From Myxococcota bacterium (GTDB lineage: Bacteria > Myxococcota_C > UBA6777), in NCBI GenBank assembly GCA_023150835.1, contig JAKLKB010000004.1:62001-126000 (forward strand): a stretch of DNA of 64,000 nucleotides, in the 5' to 3' direction. Made by a program: the position numbers and the translations under genes. This document shows, piece by piece, positions 36,678 through 46,106 of this stretch. The notes beneath the pieces are model-generated. The model saw nothing but the letters and a program-made list of their open reading frames with translations. It made no database searches and was not told where the DNA came from. Within the stretch, counting starts at the first letter, position 1. The number at the start of each line of letters is the position of its first letter.

Positions 36678-39623
36678 ATGATCCGATGGAAACGACACCT
36701 TGGGCTGCTTGGCCCCTTGGTGCTGTGGTGGTGGATGGCCGCTTGTGGCTCTCCCATCGGCACTTGCCAACAAGACAGCGAATGTAGCGGCGGCCAAAAG
36801 TGCCTCGAAAAGCTCTGCCGTTGTCCCGATGCTTCCGCTCGTTGCGCAAATACTTGTGTTTCTTTGCTCAACGACAACGCCCATTGCGGCGCTTGCACCT
36901 GCAAGTCGGGCGAAAAGTGTGCGGCAGGTCGTTGTGTCGTCGCCTGTCCTGCCCTCACTCCCGACGCTTGCGGCGATGCCTGTATCTCCCTTCAAACCAA
37001 CGTCAACCATTGCGGCTCTTGCAACAAAGCCTGTTCTGCCGGTCAAACCTGTCAAAATGGTCAATGCCTTTGTCCTTCGGGCCAGCGCGATTGTGGCGGT
37101 GCTTGCGTCGATGTCGTGCTTTCGCCCAAACATTGCGGCGCTTGCAACAACGCCTGTCCAAGCGGCCAATCCTGCGCGATCGGCGAATGTGTTCAACAAT
37201 GCCCCGCATCGACTCCCACGCTTTGCCTTGGAAGCTGCGTCGATATGACCCGTGATGCCGCCCATTGCGGCGCGTGTGGAAGCGCCTGTCCTACGGGTCA
37301 ACGCTGCCAAGAAGGGCGCTGCACATGCCCCGATGGAAGCACCCTATGCGCGGGACGTTGCGTCGATCTACAAAGCAGCGGCCAGCATTGCGGTGTGTGC
37401 GACAATCCCTGCGCAAGCGGCAGCGTTTGCGCCGAAGGTCTGTGCATCCCGTCCTGTCCGAGTGCGACCTCCGCTTCTTGTTTTGGTGGATGCGTCTCGA
37501 CGCAGACCAACGCCGATCATTGCGGTGGATGCGGGAAAGCTTGCAAAGAAGGAGAAGTCTGCAACAGCGGAAGCTGCGCTTGTCCGAGCGGTATGCTGTC
37601 GTGCGATGGAGCCTGCCTCGATCCAAAAGTCAATCGCCTACACTGCGGGGCGTGCAACAGCCTGTGCAAAGCAGGAGAAGTCTGTGCAGGCGGTAGTTGC
37701 GTGCAATCGTGTCCTACCGTCACCAACACCGCCTGTTATGGAGGATGTTTCGACATCCAACAAGACGCCCGTCATTGCGGCAAATGCGGCATCGCTTGTC
37801 GCGTCGGCCTTGTTTGCAAGGCGGGTGTGTGTACTTGTCCAAACGAACAAGCCTCTTGTCGTGGCCGTTGCACCGATCTCCAAACCGACAACCAAAACTG
37901 CGGTGGGTGCGGCAAGATCTGCCGTTCCACCGAGTCTTGCGACAAAGGCCAATGCGTCTTACGTTGCACCTCTCCGACCCAAGCCTGCAACGGCGCTTGT
38001 GTCGATACCAAAACCAACAACCAACACTGCGGAAGTTGCGGGAATGGCTGTGCGAGTACCCAACAATGCAAAGATGGAAAATGCGTTTGTGGCGAAGGGC
38101 GCGCAGATTGTGGCGATGGGCGATGTGTCGATACACTCTATAATGCCCGTCACTGCGGAGCTTGCAACAATGCTTGCCAAAGTGATCAGACCTGTGCGCA
38201 AGGCAAATGCTTGTGCCGCCCAGACGGCTGTCACTTTGCGCTGCACAGCCCGGGCAGCGATCCCATGAGCGAAGCGCGTATCGTGCAGATGGCCGATGGT
38301 CGCAACAAAGAAGTCATCTATGCCTTTTCGTATCGAGGCGGAGCTTTTACCTTCGCAGGAAAAACCTTCCCTGCCTCCCCGAGCGCACAATCTTTTGCGA
38401 TCGCCGCGCTCGACGAAAACAACAAGCTCCTCTGGAGCCAAGACGTCGCTGGAAAAGGCAACCAAGGAGCCAAAACCACCGATCTCTTCGTCGCTCCCAA
38501 CGGAGATATCTTCGTCTTCGGCCAATTCACCAGCGAGCTTACCCTCGGTGCGCAAACGCTCAAACCTACAGACTCCTCCGTACAGCCGTACGACCTCTTG
38601 GGATTCATCGCCAAACTCAACGCCCAAGGGCAATGGCAAGGCGCACAGATCCTTGAGATATCACGGCTCCCCTCGTTGGAAAGCCCCTTTGTTGAACTCC
38701 ATTCGATAGCCCGCGCAAGCAACGGGGATCTGTACCTGAGTGGTTCTTATCAAGGAAAACTGCGCTTTCTGACCTCTTCTATCGATAATCTCGCACGCCA
38801 AGCCTTTGTCTTGCGCATCAACAGCCAACTCCAAAGCCCGCTTTTTGCGCGAACAATATCTGGTGCAACCCCCAGCACCGTCGACTACACCAGCCTTGTC
38901 ATCGACGAAAACGACAAAACCTACCTCCTCGGCCAAGCCAACGGAGAAGTGGTGTTTGGCACACACAAACTCACCCCCAGCAGCACCAAAGCTCCAACTG
39001 GCTTTTTGGTGCGCTTCGATCTCCAAGTCGCCGATCCTTGGGTGGTCGCTCCTTATGCTTTGCCGCCGTGGCCTTTTTCAAACAACCATGCCAACGTGGC
39101 GACGGCAGCGACGGGCGGCGGTGTGGTGTGGGCCGGCTCCTACACAAAAGCTTTCCAGATCAGCAACATCAGACGCCCTGATCCCCCACGCTCCACCGCA
39201 TACATCGCCTCCATCGACGGCAGCGGCACCATGCGCTGGCTAAAAGAATCGACCGGCCCCTCCGACACAGAAAGCTCTTTCGTTCGCCGCTCCCCCACCA
39301 AGGAACTCCAATGGGTCGTTCAAGCCAACGATGCCATACAATTCGGTCGATCCACCCACCCCTATCCGTACCAAGGAGGCGACGCCCCCCATCATGTCGC
39401 TTTTTTCCTCAACGAGAACGGCGATCTCCAAGCCTCAAAAACCCTGTGGCTCGGTGAATTATTACTCTCTGGCCTCCGTATCGGGATCCGCTCCGTCCTC
39501 TTGCGCTCCGAAAGTGCTTTGATCGGCGGCTCCATCCAAGGCAGCGGCTTCACTCTCTACGGCAAAACATACCAACCTACCGGAACAGAAGACGTTTTTC
39601 TTTTCCGAAGCTTCTACCGCTAA
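36678..39623 (+). CDS. Cys-rich (Stig1/MXAN_6577-like) repeat lipoprotein with C-terminal beta-propeller-like domain
   Basis: Lipobox MAAC; about 13 repeats of CVD...D..HCG.C...C..G..C..G.C; beta-rich C-terminal half. Confidence 0.85.
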   Translation: MIRWKRHLGLLGPLVLWWWMAACGSPIGTCQQDSECSGGQKCLEKLCRCPDASARCANTCVSLLNDNAHCGACTCKSGEKCAAGRCVVACPALTPDACGDACISLQTNVNHCGSCNKACSAGQTCQNGQCLCPSGQRDCGGACVDVVLSPKHCGACNNACPSGQSCAIGECVQQCPASTPTLCLGSCVDMTRDAAHCGACGSACPTGQRCQEGRCTCPDGSTLCAGRCVDLQSSGQHCGVCDNPCASGSVCAEGLCIPSCPSATSASCFGGCVSTQTNADHCGGCGKACKEGEVCNSGSCACPSGMLSCDGACLDPKVNRLHCGACNSLCKAGEVCAGGSCVQSCPTVTNTACYGGCFDIQQDARHCGKCGIACRVGLVCKAGVCTCPNEQASCRGRCTDLQTDNQNCGGCGKICRSTESCDKGQCVLRCTSPTQACNGACVDTKTNNQHCGSCGNGCASTQQCKDGKCVCGEGRADCGDGRCVDTLYNARHCGACNNACQSDQTCAQGKCLCRPDGCHFALHSPGSDPMSEARIVQMADGRNKEVIYAFSYRGGAFTFAGKTFPASPSAQSFAIAALDENNKLLWSQDVAGKGNQGAKTTDLFVAPNGDIFVFGQFTSELTLGAQTLKPTDSSVQPYDLLGFIAKLNAQGQWQGAQILEISRLPSLESPFVELHSIARASNGDLYLSGSYQGKLRFLTSSIDNLARQAFVLRINSQLQSPLFARTISGATPSTVDYTSLVIDENDKTYLLGQANGEVVFGTHKLTPSSTKAPTGFLVRFDLQVADPWVVAPYALPPWPFSNNHANVATAATGGGVVWAGSYTKAFQISNIRRPDPPRSTAYIASIDGSGTMRWLKESTGPSDTESSFVRRSPTKELQWVVQANDAIQFGRSTHPYPYQGGDAPHHVAFFLNENGDLQASKTLWLGELLLSGLRIGIRSVLLRSESALIGGSIQGSGFTLYGKTYQPTGTEDVFLFRSFYR

Positions 39624-39652
39624 TCCTCGGCTACTTCGATCTCCCTCTCCTT

Positions 39653-42600
39653 TTGTCTCCCTTAGATATGGCAGCTTTCTATTCTTGCAATCGGTTCATG
39701 CCTCGCCTACAATCACGAAGATCCACCGCGCAAAAGTCTCCGCCCGCAAGCGCACCCAAACACAACACTCGACAAGGAGCTGATCTTCTCTTGCTCGATC
39801 AAAGCCGCCTCCCTCAGTCATTCCCAACACGCCTACCGCAAACGCGGTGTGTCGGACTCTTCTGCGCTTGCCTTTCGGCTTGCTTGCTTTGGCTTGCTTG
39901 GTCGATCTGCCCCCACGATGCCTTGTCTTCTCCGTTGCCTCAACCTTTTTCTTCCGCACTGACCCAAAAAGACCGCCCCTCTAAGGAGATCCTCCTTGAT
40001 GCTCGTGCACCCTTCGTTTCGCTCGGTCGCCAAGTAGAGATCCTTCCCGATACTCTAGGTAAATACACCTTTCAAGAGGTACAACAACCCCCGCTTTTTC
40101 GCGCCTTCCAGCCCTCCACCCAAGATATCGTCAGCTTCGGGCAAACCAAAACAACCTACTGGCTGCGCTTTCGTATCCACCAAACGACCGATACTCCGCG
40201 ACTTTGGTATCTCGTCACTCCGCGTTGGTGGCTTCAACTCGCCCTCCACGACCCCACCCAAAATCGCCCGACACACCTCGCCATCCGCCGCTATGATCGC
40301 CCTTTTCACGAACGCCTGTTCCCTTACTACGGAGCCGTGTTCCCCCTTGAACTCCCTCCCCTCAAAGCCCACCACTTCCGCTCTTTTCCCAACGCTTCCT
40401 CCTCCTTGCCGCATCCGCTTTCTACCACCACCCCTCCTTCTACCACCCGACCCCATCCGCTTTCTACCACCCCCCCTCCTTCTACCACCCGACCCGCTCC
40501 AAGTCCTCCTCCCCTCGCTCTATCGGCCACACACACCTTTTATCTGCGCGCACAAACCGACTTTGGCTCCATGAGCGTACCTCTGGCGCTCTGGCAACCT
40601 CATGCCCTCCGAAGCCAGTTGCTCCTCGAATACGTCCTCTGGGGGCTGTTTTTCGGAACACTTTTTTCCCTTCTTTTCTACAATCTTTTCTTGTATCTCT
40701 CTTTGCACGAACGCCCCTACCTCGACTACGTGATCTATATCGGTGGATTGGCCCTCTACATGGCCTCCAACAATGGCCTTGCCTTCCAATACCTCTGGCC
40801 GAACGCGCCTTGGTGGAACCAACGGGCGGCCTTGTTTTTTGTAGGCTTTGCACTCTTTGGAGCGGTGCGCTTCATCGCAGGATTTTTGGACACCAAACAT
40901 CATCTGCCTCGACACCACCGCTTCTTACAAGCGCTGATGCTTGGCTGCTTGTGTTTGATCGCCTCTTCGCTCGTGGATGCGGGCATCGCCAACCAACTCT
41001 CTACATGGCTTGCGTTGCTCACGGCCCTGTTTGCTCTCACAGCGATCATTCGATGCGCCCACAAACGCCACCGCAGCGCTTACTTTGTCCTCGCAGGATG
41101 GGGCGCGTTGCTTGGTGGAGGAGCCCTGTATGCGTGCGCGATTATGGGATGGCTGCCTTTCTCACCCATCACACAAAACGGCCTACTCTTCGGAGCCGTC
41201 ATCGAAGCGCTGCTGCTTTCCTTTGCGCTCGCCGATCGCGTCCACACGCTCAACCAAACCCTCGACACCCAAAAACACCAACTCTCCAAACAAAACGCCA
41301 CCCTTGCTCGCCTCGACCAACTCAAAGACGAACTGATCGCCAACACTTCTCACGAGCTACGCACTCCCCTCAACGGCATGATCGGCTTGACCGAAGCCCT
41401 GCTCGAAGATTACGCAGAAGCCCTTCCTGCCGATGCCCAACAAGATCTTCAGCTACTCGCTCAAAGCAGCCGACGCCTTGCCGCGCTTGTCAACGATCTC
41501 CTCGATTTCTCCAGCCTCAAACAAAACCACCTAACCCTCCAAACCGCCCCCGTCGATCTTGCCCATGCCGCCGAGACCGTCATCGCCCTCTCCCAACAAG
41601 CAGCCCACAAAAAACAGATCTCTCTCCATAACCAGATCTCTCCAAAAGCACCGCTCGTCGAAGCCGATCCCAACAGACTCCAACAGATCCTCCATAACCT
41701 CGTCCACAACGCGATCAAGTTCACTCCTTGCGGACACATCACCCTCTCCGCACACACACAAAGCGATGCCCTCGCAATATCCGTCGAAGACACAGGCATC
41801 GGCATCAAAGAACAAGATCAGACCCGTATCTTCCGCTCTTTTGAACAAGTCGATGGCTCCCACAAACGCCCCCACGAAGGTCTCGGTCTTGGGCTTGCCA
41901 TCACCAAACAACTTGTCAACCTCCACGGCGGTGAGATATCCGTCCGCTCGATCCTCGGACAAGGCACCCGCTTTACCTTCACCCTCCCGATCGCCCAAAC
42001 CCCAACCGCCCTCTCGCCTGCCACCACTTCTTCTCTCGATATCGCCCCATCTACCTCCTCTCCCGATACCCCCCAAACCACTCCCGCTTATCCCTCCAAC
42101 CAAACCGCTCCTGCTCTCGATATCGCCCCATCCACCTCCTCTCTCGATATCGCCCCATCCACCTCCTCTCTCGATATCGCCCCATCCACCTCCTCTCTCG
42201 ATATCGCCCCATCCACCGAAGAAACTCCTCAAAACAAAATCCGACTCACAACCGATCCTCCCCAAACCACCACACCCGAAAGCGTGTCCACCCCGCTCTC
42301 TCACGAGGACGAACCTATGCGCCAACCTGTGCGCATCCTCGCCGTAGACGACGACCCCATGAATCTCCGCGTGCTCCAAGCCCAACTTCGCCCTCCCGCC
42401 TACCTTCTCACGCTCGTCCAAAGTGGCCCCCAAGCCCTCCAACAGATCGAACAACACGGCCCTTTTGATATCGTTCTCATGGACATCATGATGCCCTATA
42501 TGTCCGGCTATGAAGTCGTTCAAACACTTCGGCAACATCACCCTCCCCACCAACTCCCCATCCTTATGCTCTCCGCCAAAAACCAAGTCAAAGACTTCGC

Positions 42601-42709
42601 GGCTGCTTTTCAAGCAGGAGCCAACGATTACATCGCCAAACCTTACGCAAAGTCCGAACTGATCGCCCGCATCCAACGCCATCTCACCTCTCCCCAAAGC
42701 GACGGATAA
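39653..42709 (+). CDS. Hybrid histidine kinase: 7TMR-DISMED2, 7TM, HisKA, HATPase, receiver
   Basis: YWLRF; 7 TMs ending SFALADR; SHELRTPLNG; NAIKFT; DTGIG; GLGLGL; AVDDD..MDIMMP..GANDYIAKP. Start uncertain. Confidence 0.92.
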   Translation: MSPLDMAAFYSCNRFMPRLQSRRSTAQKSPPASAPKHNTRQGADLLLLDQSRLPQSFPTRLPQTRCVGLFCACLSACLLWLAWSICPHDALSSPLPQPFSSALTQKDRPSKEILLDARAPFVSLGRQVEILPDTLGKYTFQEVQQPPLFRAFQPSTQDIVSFGQTKTTYWLRFRIHQTTDTPRLWYLVTPRWWLQLALHDPTQNRPTHLAIRRYDRPFHERLFPYYGAVFPLELPPLKAHHFRSFPNASSSLPHPLSTTTPPSTTRPHPLSTTPPPSTTRPAPSPPPLALSATHTFYLRAQTDFGSMSVPLALWQPHALRSQLLLEYVLWGLFFGTLFSLLFYNLFLYLSLHERPYLDYVIYIGGLALYMASNNGLAFQYLWPNAPWWNQRAALFFVGFALFGAVRFIAGFLDTKHHLPRHHRFLQALMLGCLCLIASSLVDAGIANQLSTWLALLTALFALTAIIRCAHKRHRSAYFVLAGWGALLGGGALYACAIMGWLPFSPITQNGLLFGAVIEALLLSFALADRVHTLNQTLDTQKHQLSKQNATLARLDQLKDELIANTSHELRTPLNGMIGLTEALLEDYAEALPADAQQDLQLLAQSSRRLAALVNDLLDFSSLKQNHLTLQTAPVDLAHAAETVIALSQQAAHKKQISLHNQISPKAPLVEADPNRLQQILHNLVHNAIKFTPCGHITLSAHTQSDALAISVEDTGIGIKEQDQTRIFRSFEQVDGSHKRPHEGLGLGLAITKQLVNLHGGEISVRSILGQGTRFTFTLPIAQTPTALSPATTSSLDIAPSTSSPDTPQTTPAYPSNQTAPALDIAPSTSSLDIAPSTSSLDIAPSTSSLDIAPSTEETPQNKIRLTTDPPQTTTPESVSTPLSHEDEPMRQPVRILAVDDDPMNLRVLQAQLRPPAYLLTLVQSGPQALQQIEQHGPFDIVLMDIMMPYMSGYEVVQTLRQHHPPHQLPILMLSAKNQVKDFAAAFQAGANDYIAKPYAKSELIARIQRHLTSPQSDG
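42114..42216 (+). repeat. 27-bp in-frame VNTR (LDIAPSTSS) in the kinase-receiver linker
   Basis: ctctcgatatcgccccatccacctcct, ~3.8 copies, plus a copy at ~42032. Confidence 0.93.
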
Positions 42710-42822
42710 TACGAAATCCGCTCGTTGTGTGATCGTAAAAATGTAGGAGCAGCCTCCTGTGGCTGCCCAAGCACAGGGCGTCTACGCGCTCGCCTTCGAT
42801 CACAGATCACTCGGATATCGTA
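42710..42822 (+). mobile_element. Family C hairpin element (complete)
   Basis: TACGAAATCCG...CGGATATCGTA ends, directly after the kinase TAA; nested tgtgatcg/cgatcaca, gtag/ctac and gcagcc/ggctgc stems. Confidence 0.88.
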
Positions 42823-43092
42823 TACGATGCCGCCAATTTGTATTTTTTCCCATACACCTCCCGATCTCAGATATCTGAAAGCCTCCGCCTGTAGAGGAAT
42901 CCCCGCCATTCAAGGACATCTGCATAAACACTTGATTATAAAAACAAAATAAACAATCGTTGTGTTGGCCTATTTTTTGGAGAAAGACTCCACAACAAGA
43001 TCGCAACGCGCCAGCACGCAACCAAACAAGCGTACCGCTGACGCGAACTGTATCCACACAACCAAACCTTCCGAATCCAAAAGGAGTTTCCG

Positions 43093-43581
43093 ATGAAAAC
43101 CAACACCATCCTGTCTTTGCTGTTTTCCGCCTTGCTGTTCTCGCACCTCACGGCTTGTGGGCCAGACAACCGCGTACAAACCACCGCTCTCCAACAAAGC
43201 GCTTGCCTCTCCAACCAAGCCCAACCCGATCCCGGTAAAGAGCCGCCCAACCCCTACAACACCAAGCCCGAGATCGCCGTCACCAAAGCCACCAGCACGC
43301 TCAACGTGATGTACAAAAATGTACGCTTTCGATGCGAACAAAAAACCTTGATCGAAGCCTTTCTTGACGGACAAATCCTCCGCGTCGTCGCCCGTCCCAT
43401 CGAGATGAACCCAAGCGTTGTCGCTGGCTGCGACTGCATCTACGATCTCGGCGCACAAGTCGGCCCGCTACCCGTTGGAAAATATACCCTCAAAGTTCAG
43501 CGCCAAACCGACAACTACGGTGGAAAAAGTGAAACCTCCGACCTTCACACCCAAGAGATCGAACTCGGCAATCCACGATAA
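43093..43581 (+). CDS. Lipoprotein of unknown function (paralog 1)
   Basis: Lipobox LTAC; QQSACL, RCEQK, CDCIYDLG; AAGGAG RBS. Confidence 0.8.
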   Translation: MKTNTILSLLFSALLFSHLTACGPDNRVQTTALQQSACLSNQAQPDPGKEPPNPYNTKPEIAVTKATSTLNVMYKNVRFRCEQKTLIEAFLDGQILRVVARPIEMNPSVVAGCDCIYDLGAQVGPLPVGKYTLKVQRQTDNYGGKSETSDLHTQEIELGNPR

Positions 43582-43600
43582 CAATCTCTCTCTTTTCTCA

Positions 43601-43768
43601 TAAGACTTACGCAGTCGCCAAAAAAAGCCGTGTTCGCGACACTTCAAGCGACAGAGTCGTTGTTTTGAAAAACCGTGATCTGTTCGCCCCTCTCGGGGTC
43701 AAGGGGCGACAGTCTATGGCGGGGCGTGGGGTGACACCCCACAAAATAAGCCCAACTGCGGAACTCCG
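43601..43768 (+). mobile_element. MITE family B (family A-type TIRs, different cargo)
   Basis: taAGACTTACGCAGT...AACTGCGgaactcc ends; internal GGGGTCAAGGGG..GGGGTGACACCCC. Confidence 0.8.
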
Positions 43769-43794
43769 ATCTTACATAAAAGGAGATTTTCCTA

Positions 43795-44256
43795 ATGAAA
43801 AAGTGTTTTCTACTTCTTGGAAATATCTGGCTATTTTCATTTTTCGCTTGTGCGACTCCGACAGGAACCGCGCTCCAAGCAACCGCTATCCAACAAAGCG
43901 CTTGCTTGCCCAACTCCCAAACCCAAGATCCCGCCAAAACGGACGGAAAAGAAGCCTTTACGGTGGCGGCCAACGGCGACCAAGTGGAGATCAGCTTTAA
44001 AAACGCACATCTTCGCTGCGAACAAAAAGTGACGTGGGAAGCCTCGCTTGATGGACAGATCCTGACTGCTGTGGTGCGCCCCCAAGAGATGAACCCCACC
44101 ACCGTCCCTCGCTGCGACTGCCGCTACGATCTCGGCGTCAAGATCGGTCCGCTCAACAAAGGCAAATACACCGTCAAGATCCAGCAAAAGTCTGATAACT
44201 ACGGCAGCCCCAGCACCACCAAAGACGTACACACCAGCGAAGTCACCATCCCTTAA
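43795..44256 (+). CDS. Lipoprotein of unknown function (paralog 2)
   Basis: Lipobox FFAC; collinear with the 43093 protein (QQSACL, RCEQK, CDCRYDLG, GKYT, DNYG). Confidence 0.8.
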   Translation: MKKCFLLLGNIWLFSFFACATPTGTALQATAIQQSACLPNSQTQDPAKTDGKEAFTVAANGDQVEISFKNAHLRCEQKVTWEASLDGQILTAVVRPQEMNPTTVPRCDCRYDLGVKIGPLNKGKYTVKIQQKSDNYGSPSTTKDVHTSEVTIP

Positions 44257-44319
44257 AACTCCCTCTCCCCCATCCACCCCCTCGCCATCTACCTTATCGC
44301 TCGCTCTTGAATCGGGTTA

Positions 44320-44423
44320 TACGATATCCGAGTGGCGTACACAGCAAAGGAGAATACGTAAGTGCCCGATTATTGGGCAGCTGCTCCTACCTCTTTACGG
44401 TAACGCAACGGGCGGATTTCGTG
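44320..44423 (-). mobile_element. Family C element directly after the sodN stop
   Basis: TACGATATCCG...CGGATTTCGTG abutting the stop at 44424-44426. Confidence 0.85.
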
Positions 44424-44894
44424 TTATTTCTTCGGAGTCCAGTCGCCTGCGATGCCGTCGATGGCTTTGTGAAGTCCTTCTGCTGCGCTCAGGGATGCTT
44501 GTTGTTTGGTGAACATCGCAGCTCGCATCACGGCATGATGGCGCGCCAGCTTCGCAAGATACGCGCTGTGGTCTTTGTGACCGGCTGGAACAGGGGCGAT
44601 CTTTTGGGTCAAGAAATACTCTGCAATCACTTTGATGATATTTGAGGCATGAGCTTCTTTTGTCATCACCCAACGCACCAACTGATTCTTGCTTTGTGCA
44701 TCTGTTTTATCGCTAAGTGCAAGAATATTTTTGATGGCTTTGGTGATGGTTTGGCTGTCTTCATACAAGGCATGAACACGCGCATGATCATCATAAATCC
44801 CGCAAGGTACTTGGCAGTGCGCGTCCACTTTTTGAGAACCGACAGTCGTCATCCCCAACACCAGAAACCAGATCACGCTCCATCGCTTGATCAT
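44424..44894 (-). CDS. sodN: Nickel superoxide dismutase with signal peptide
   Basis: Ni-hook HCQVPCGIYD preceded by MIKRWSVIWFLVLGMTTVGSQKVDA; NQLVRWVMTKEAHA. Confidence 0.93.
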   Translation of the reverse strand: MIKRWSVIWFLVLGMTTVGSQKVDAHCQVPCGIYDDHARVHALYEDSQTITKAIKNILALSDKTDAQSKNQLVRWVMTKEAHASNIIKVIAEYFLTQKIAPVPAGHKDHSAYLAKLARHHAVMRAAMFTKQQASLSAAEGLHKAIDGIAGDWTPKK

Positions 44895-44984
44895 TTTTTT
44901 CTCCTTTTTCTGTGCTTGCCTGTTTGCCCAGTTGCGCCTGCTCGCTCGGATACTCGGGGGTGCGAGACGGAACACAACGGCGGC

Positions 44985-45013
44985 ATCCTAGGCCCGACGG
45001 TTTTTTCTGTCAA
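44985..45013 (-). promoter_or_regulatory. Sigma70-type promoter for sodN
   Basis: Minus strand TTGACA-17 bp-TAGGAT, ~90 bp upstream of the ATG. Confidence 0.7.
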
Positions 45014-45045
45014 GGCAACCGCTGTGGCGTGTCCCCTAGGCCTTA

Positions 45046-45166
45046 TACGATATCCGAAAGATGTGTGCTCGAAGGGCAGCTGCGATCCGCTGTAACTGCC
45101 CTGTCCTTGGGCAGCCACAGGGGGCTGCCCCTACGTTTTACGATCACACAATGGGCGGATTCCGTA
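45046..45166 (-). mobile_element. Family C element upstream of sodN
   Basis: TACGATATCCG...GGGCAGCCACAGGGGGCTGCCCCTAC...CGGATTCCGTA. Confidence 0.88.
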
Positions 45167-45456
45167 TTATCCATCCGATGCCACCTCATGCCTCGTGATC
45201 TTCGACCTCTCGCGCCGCCCTCAACGCCTCGCTGCCGCTCGCCTACAAAGCCACCTTTGGCAGAAAAAAAGAACGACGCTACAAAACAGCCCGCCAAATC
45301 AAACGTACTTATCGGGGTTCTTCCACCCAGACGCGAGCTCTCTTGACAACGATCATCCTGATGGAATATAAACAACACAGTTCGCACAAACGTTGTATCA
45401 AAGTTCTTAATTTCATCAGAAATTATACTAAAGCGTGTATGCCTACAGTGAACAAT

Positions 45457-46092
45457 ATGATTCCAAAAGACTTAAAGATTTACCACATCGTTCATCTGGA
45501 CAGACTGGTGTCGATTATCAGCGAGGGCTGTTTGTGGAGTGATGCGGCAGGTCAAGCAAAAAATTTGGGCGGAACCATGATCGGAATGTCCCATATCAAA
45601 CAGAGGCGTATGACCAACAGCATATCAAGTCACCAAGGATTAACCGTCGGACAATGCGTGCCGTTCTACTTCTGCCCACGTTCTATCATGCTCTACATCA
45701 TTTCACAACAAAGCCATGAGAATATCTCGTATCGAGGTGGGCAACAACCCATTATTCACCTGCAAGCTGATCTGAATCGGGTTATCTGCTGGGCACAGCA
45801 GAACAATAAACGGTGGGCTTTTACAGATTCAAACGCAGGGTCTTTCTACTTCAACGATTATTGCACTTTAGGTGATCTGAAACGAATTGATTGGAACGCG
45901 GTAAATGCCTACTCATGGTCGCGATGTAAAGAACAAAAACAGGCTGAATTTCTACTGGAAGAACAATTCCCGTGGACGCTGATTGAAGCGGTCGGCGTCT
46001 ATTCGCAGACGCAAGATCAGCAAGTCAGAGCTAGATTGAATTCAGCAGGGCATCGACCGCCCATTTCAATTCAGCGCGACTGGTATCACTAA
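45457..46092 (+). CDS. darT: DNA ADP-ribosyltransferase toxin DarT (DUF4433)
   Basis: KIYHIVH, VPFYFCPRSIMLY, FTDSNAG, KQAEFL (catalytic Glu), C-terminal WY. Start at 45439 or 45457. Confidence 0.92.
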   Translation: MIPKDLKIYHIVHLDRLVSIISEGCLWSDAAGQAKNLGGTMIGMSHIKQRRMTNSISSHQGLTVGQCVPFYFCPRSIMLYIISQQSHENISYRGGQQPIIHLQADLNRVICWAQQNNKRWAFTDSNAGSFYFNDYCTLGDLKRIDWNAVNAYSWSRCKEQKQAEFLLEEQFPWTLIEAVGVYSQTQDQQVRARLNSAGHRPPISIQRDWYH

Positions 46093-46106
46093 AGGAGGAC
46101 GCTCAG

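Noticed and set aside
42710-42822. Canonical integron attC sites
   Set aside because: No RYYYAAC/GTTRRRY core ends and no intI; kept only as an architectural analogy.
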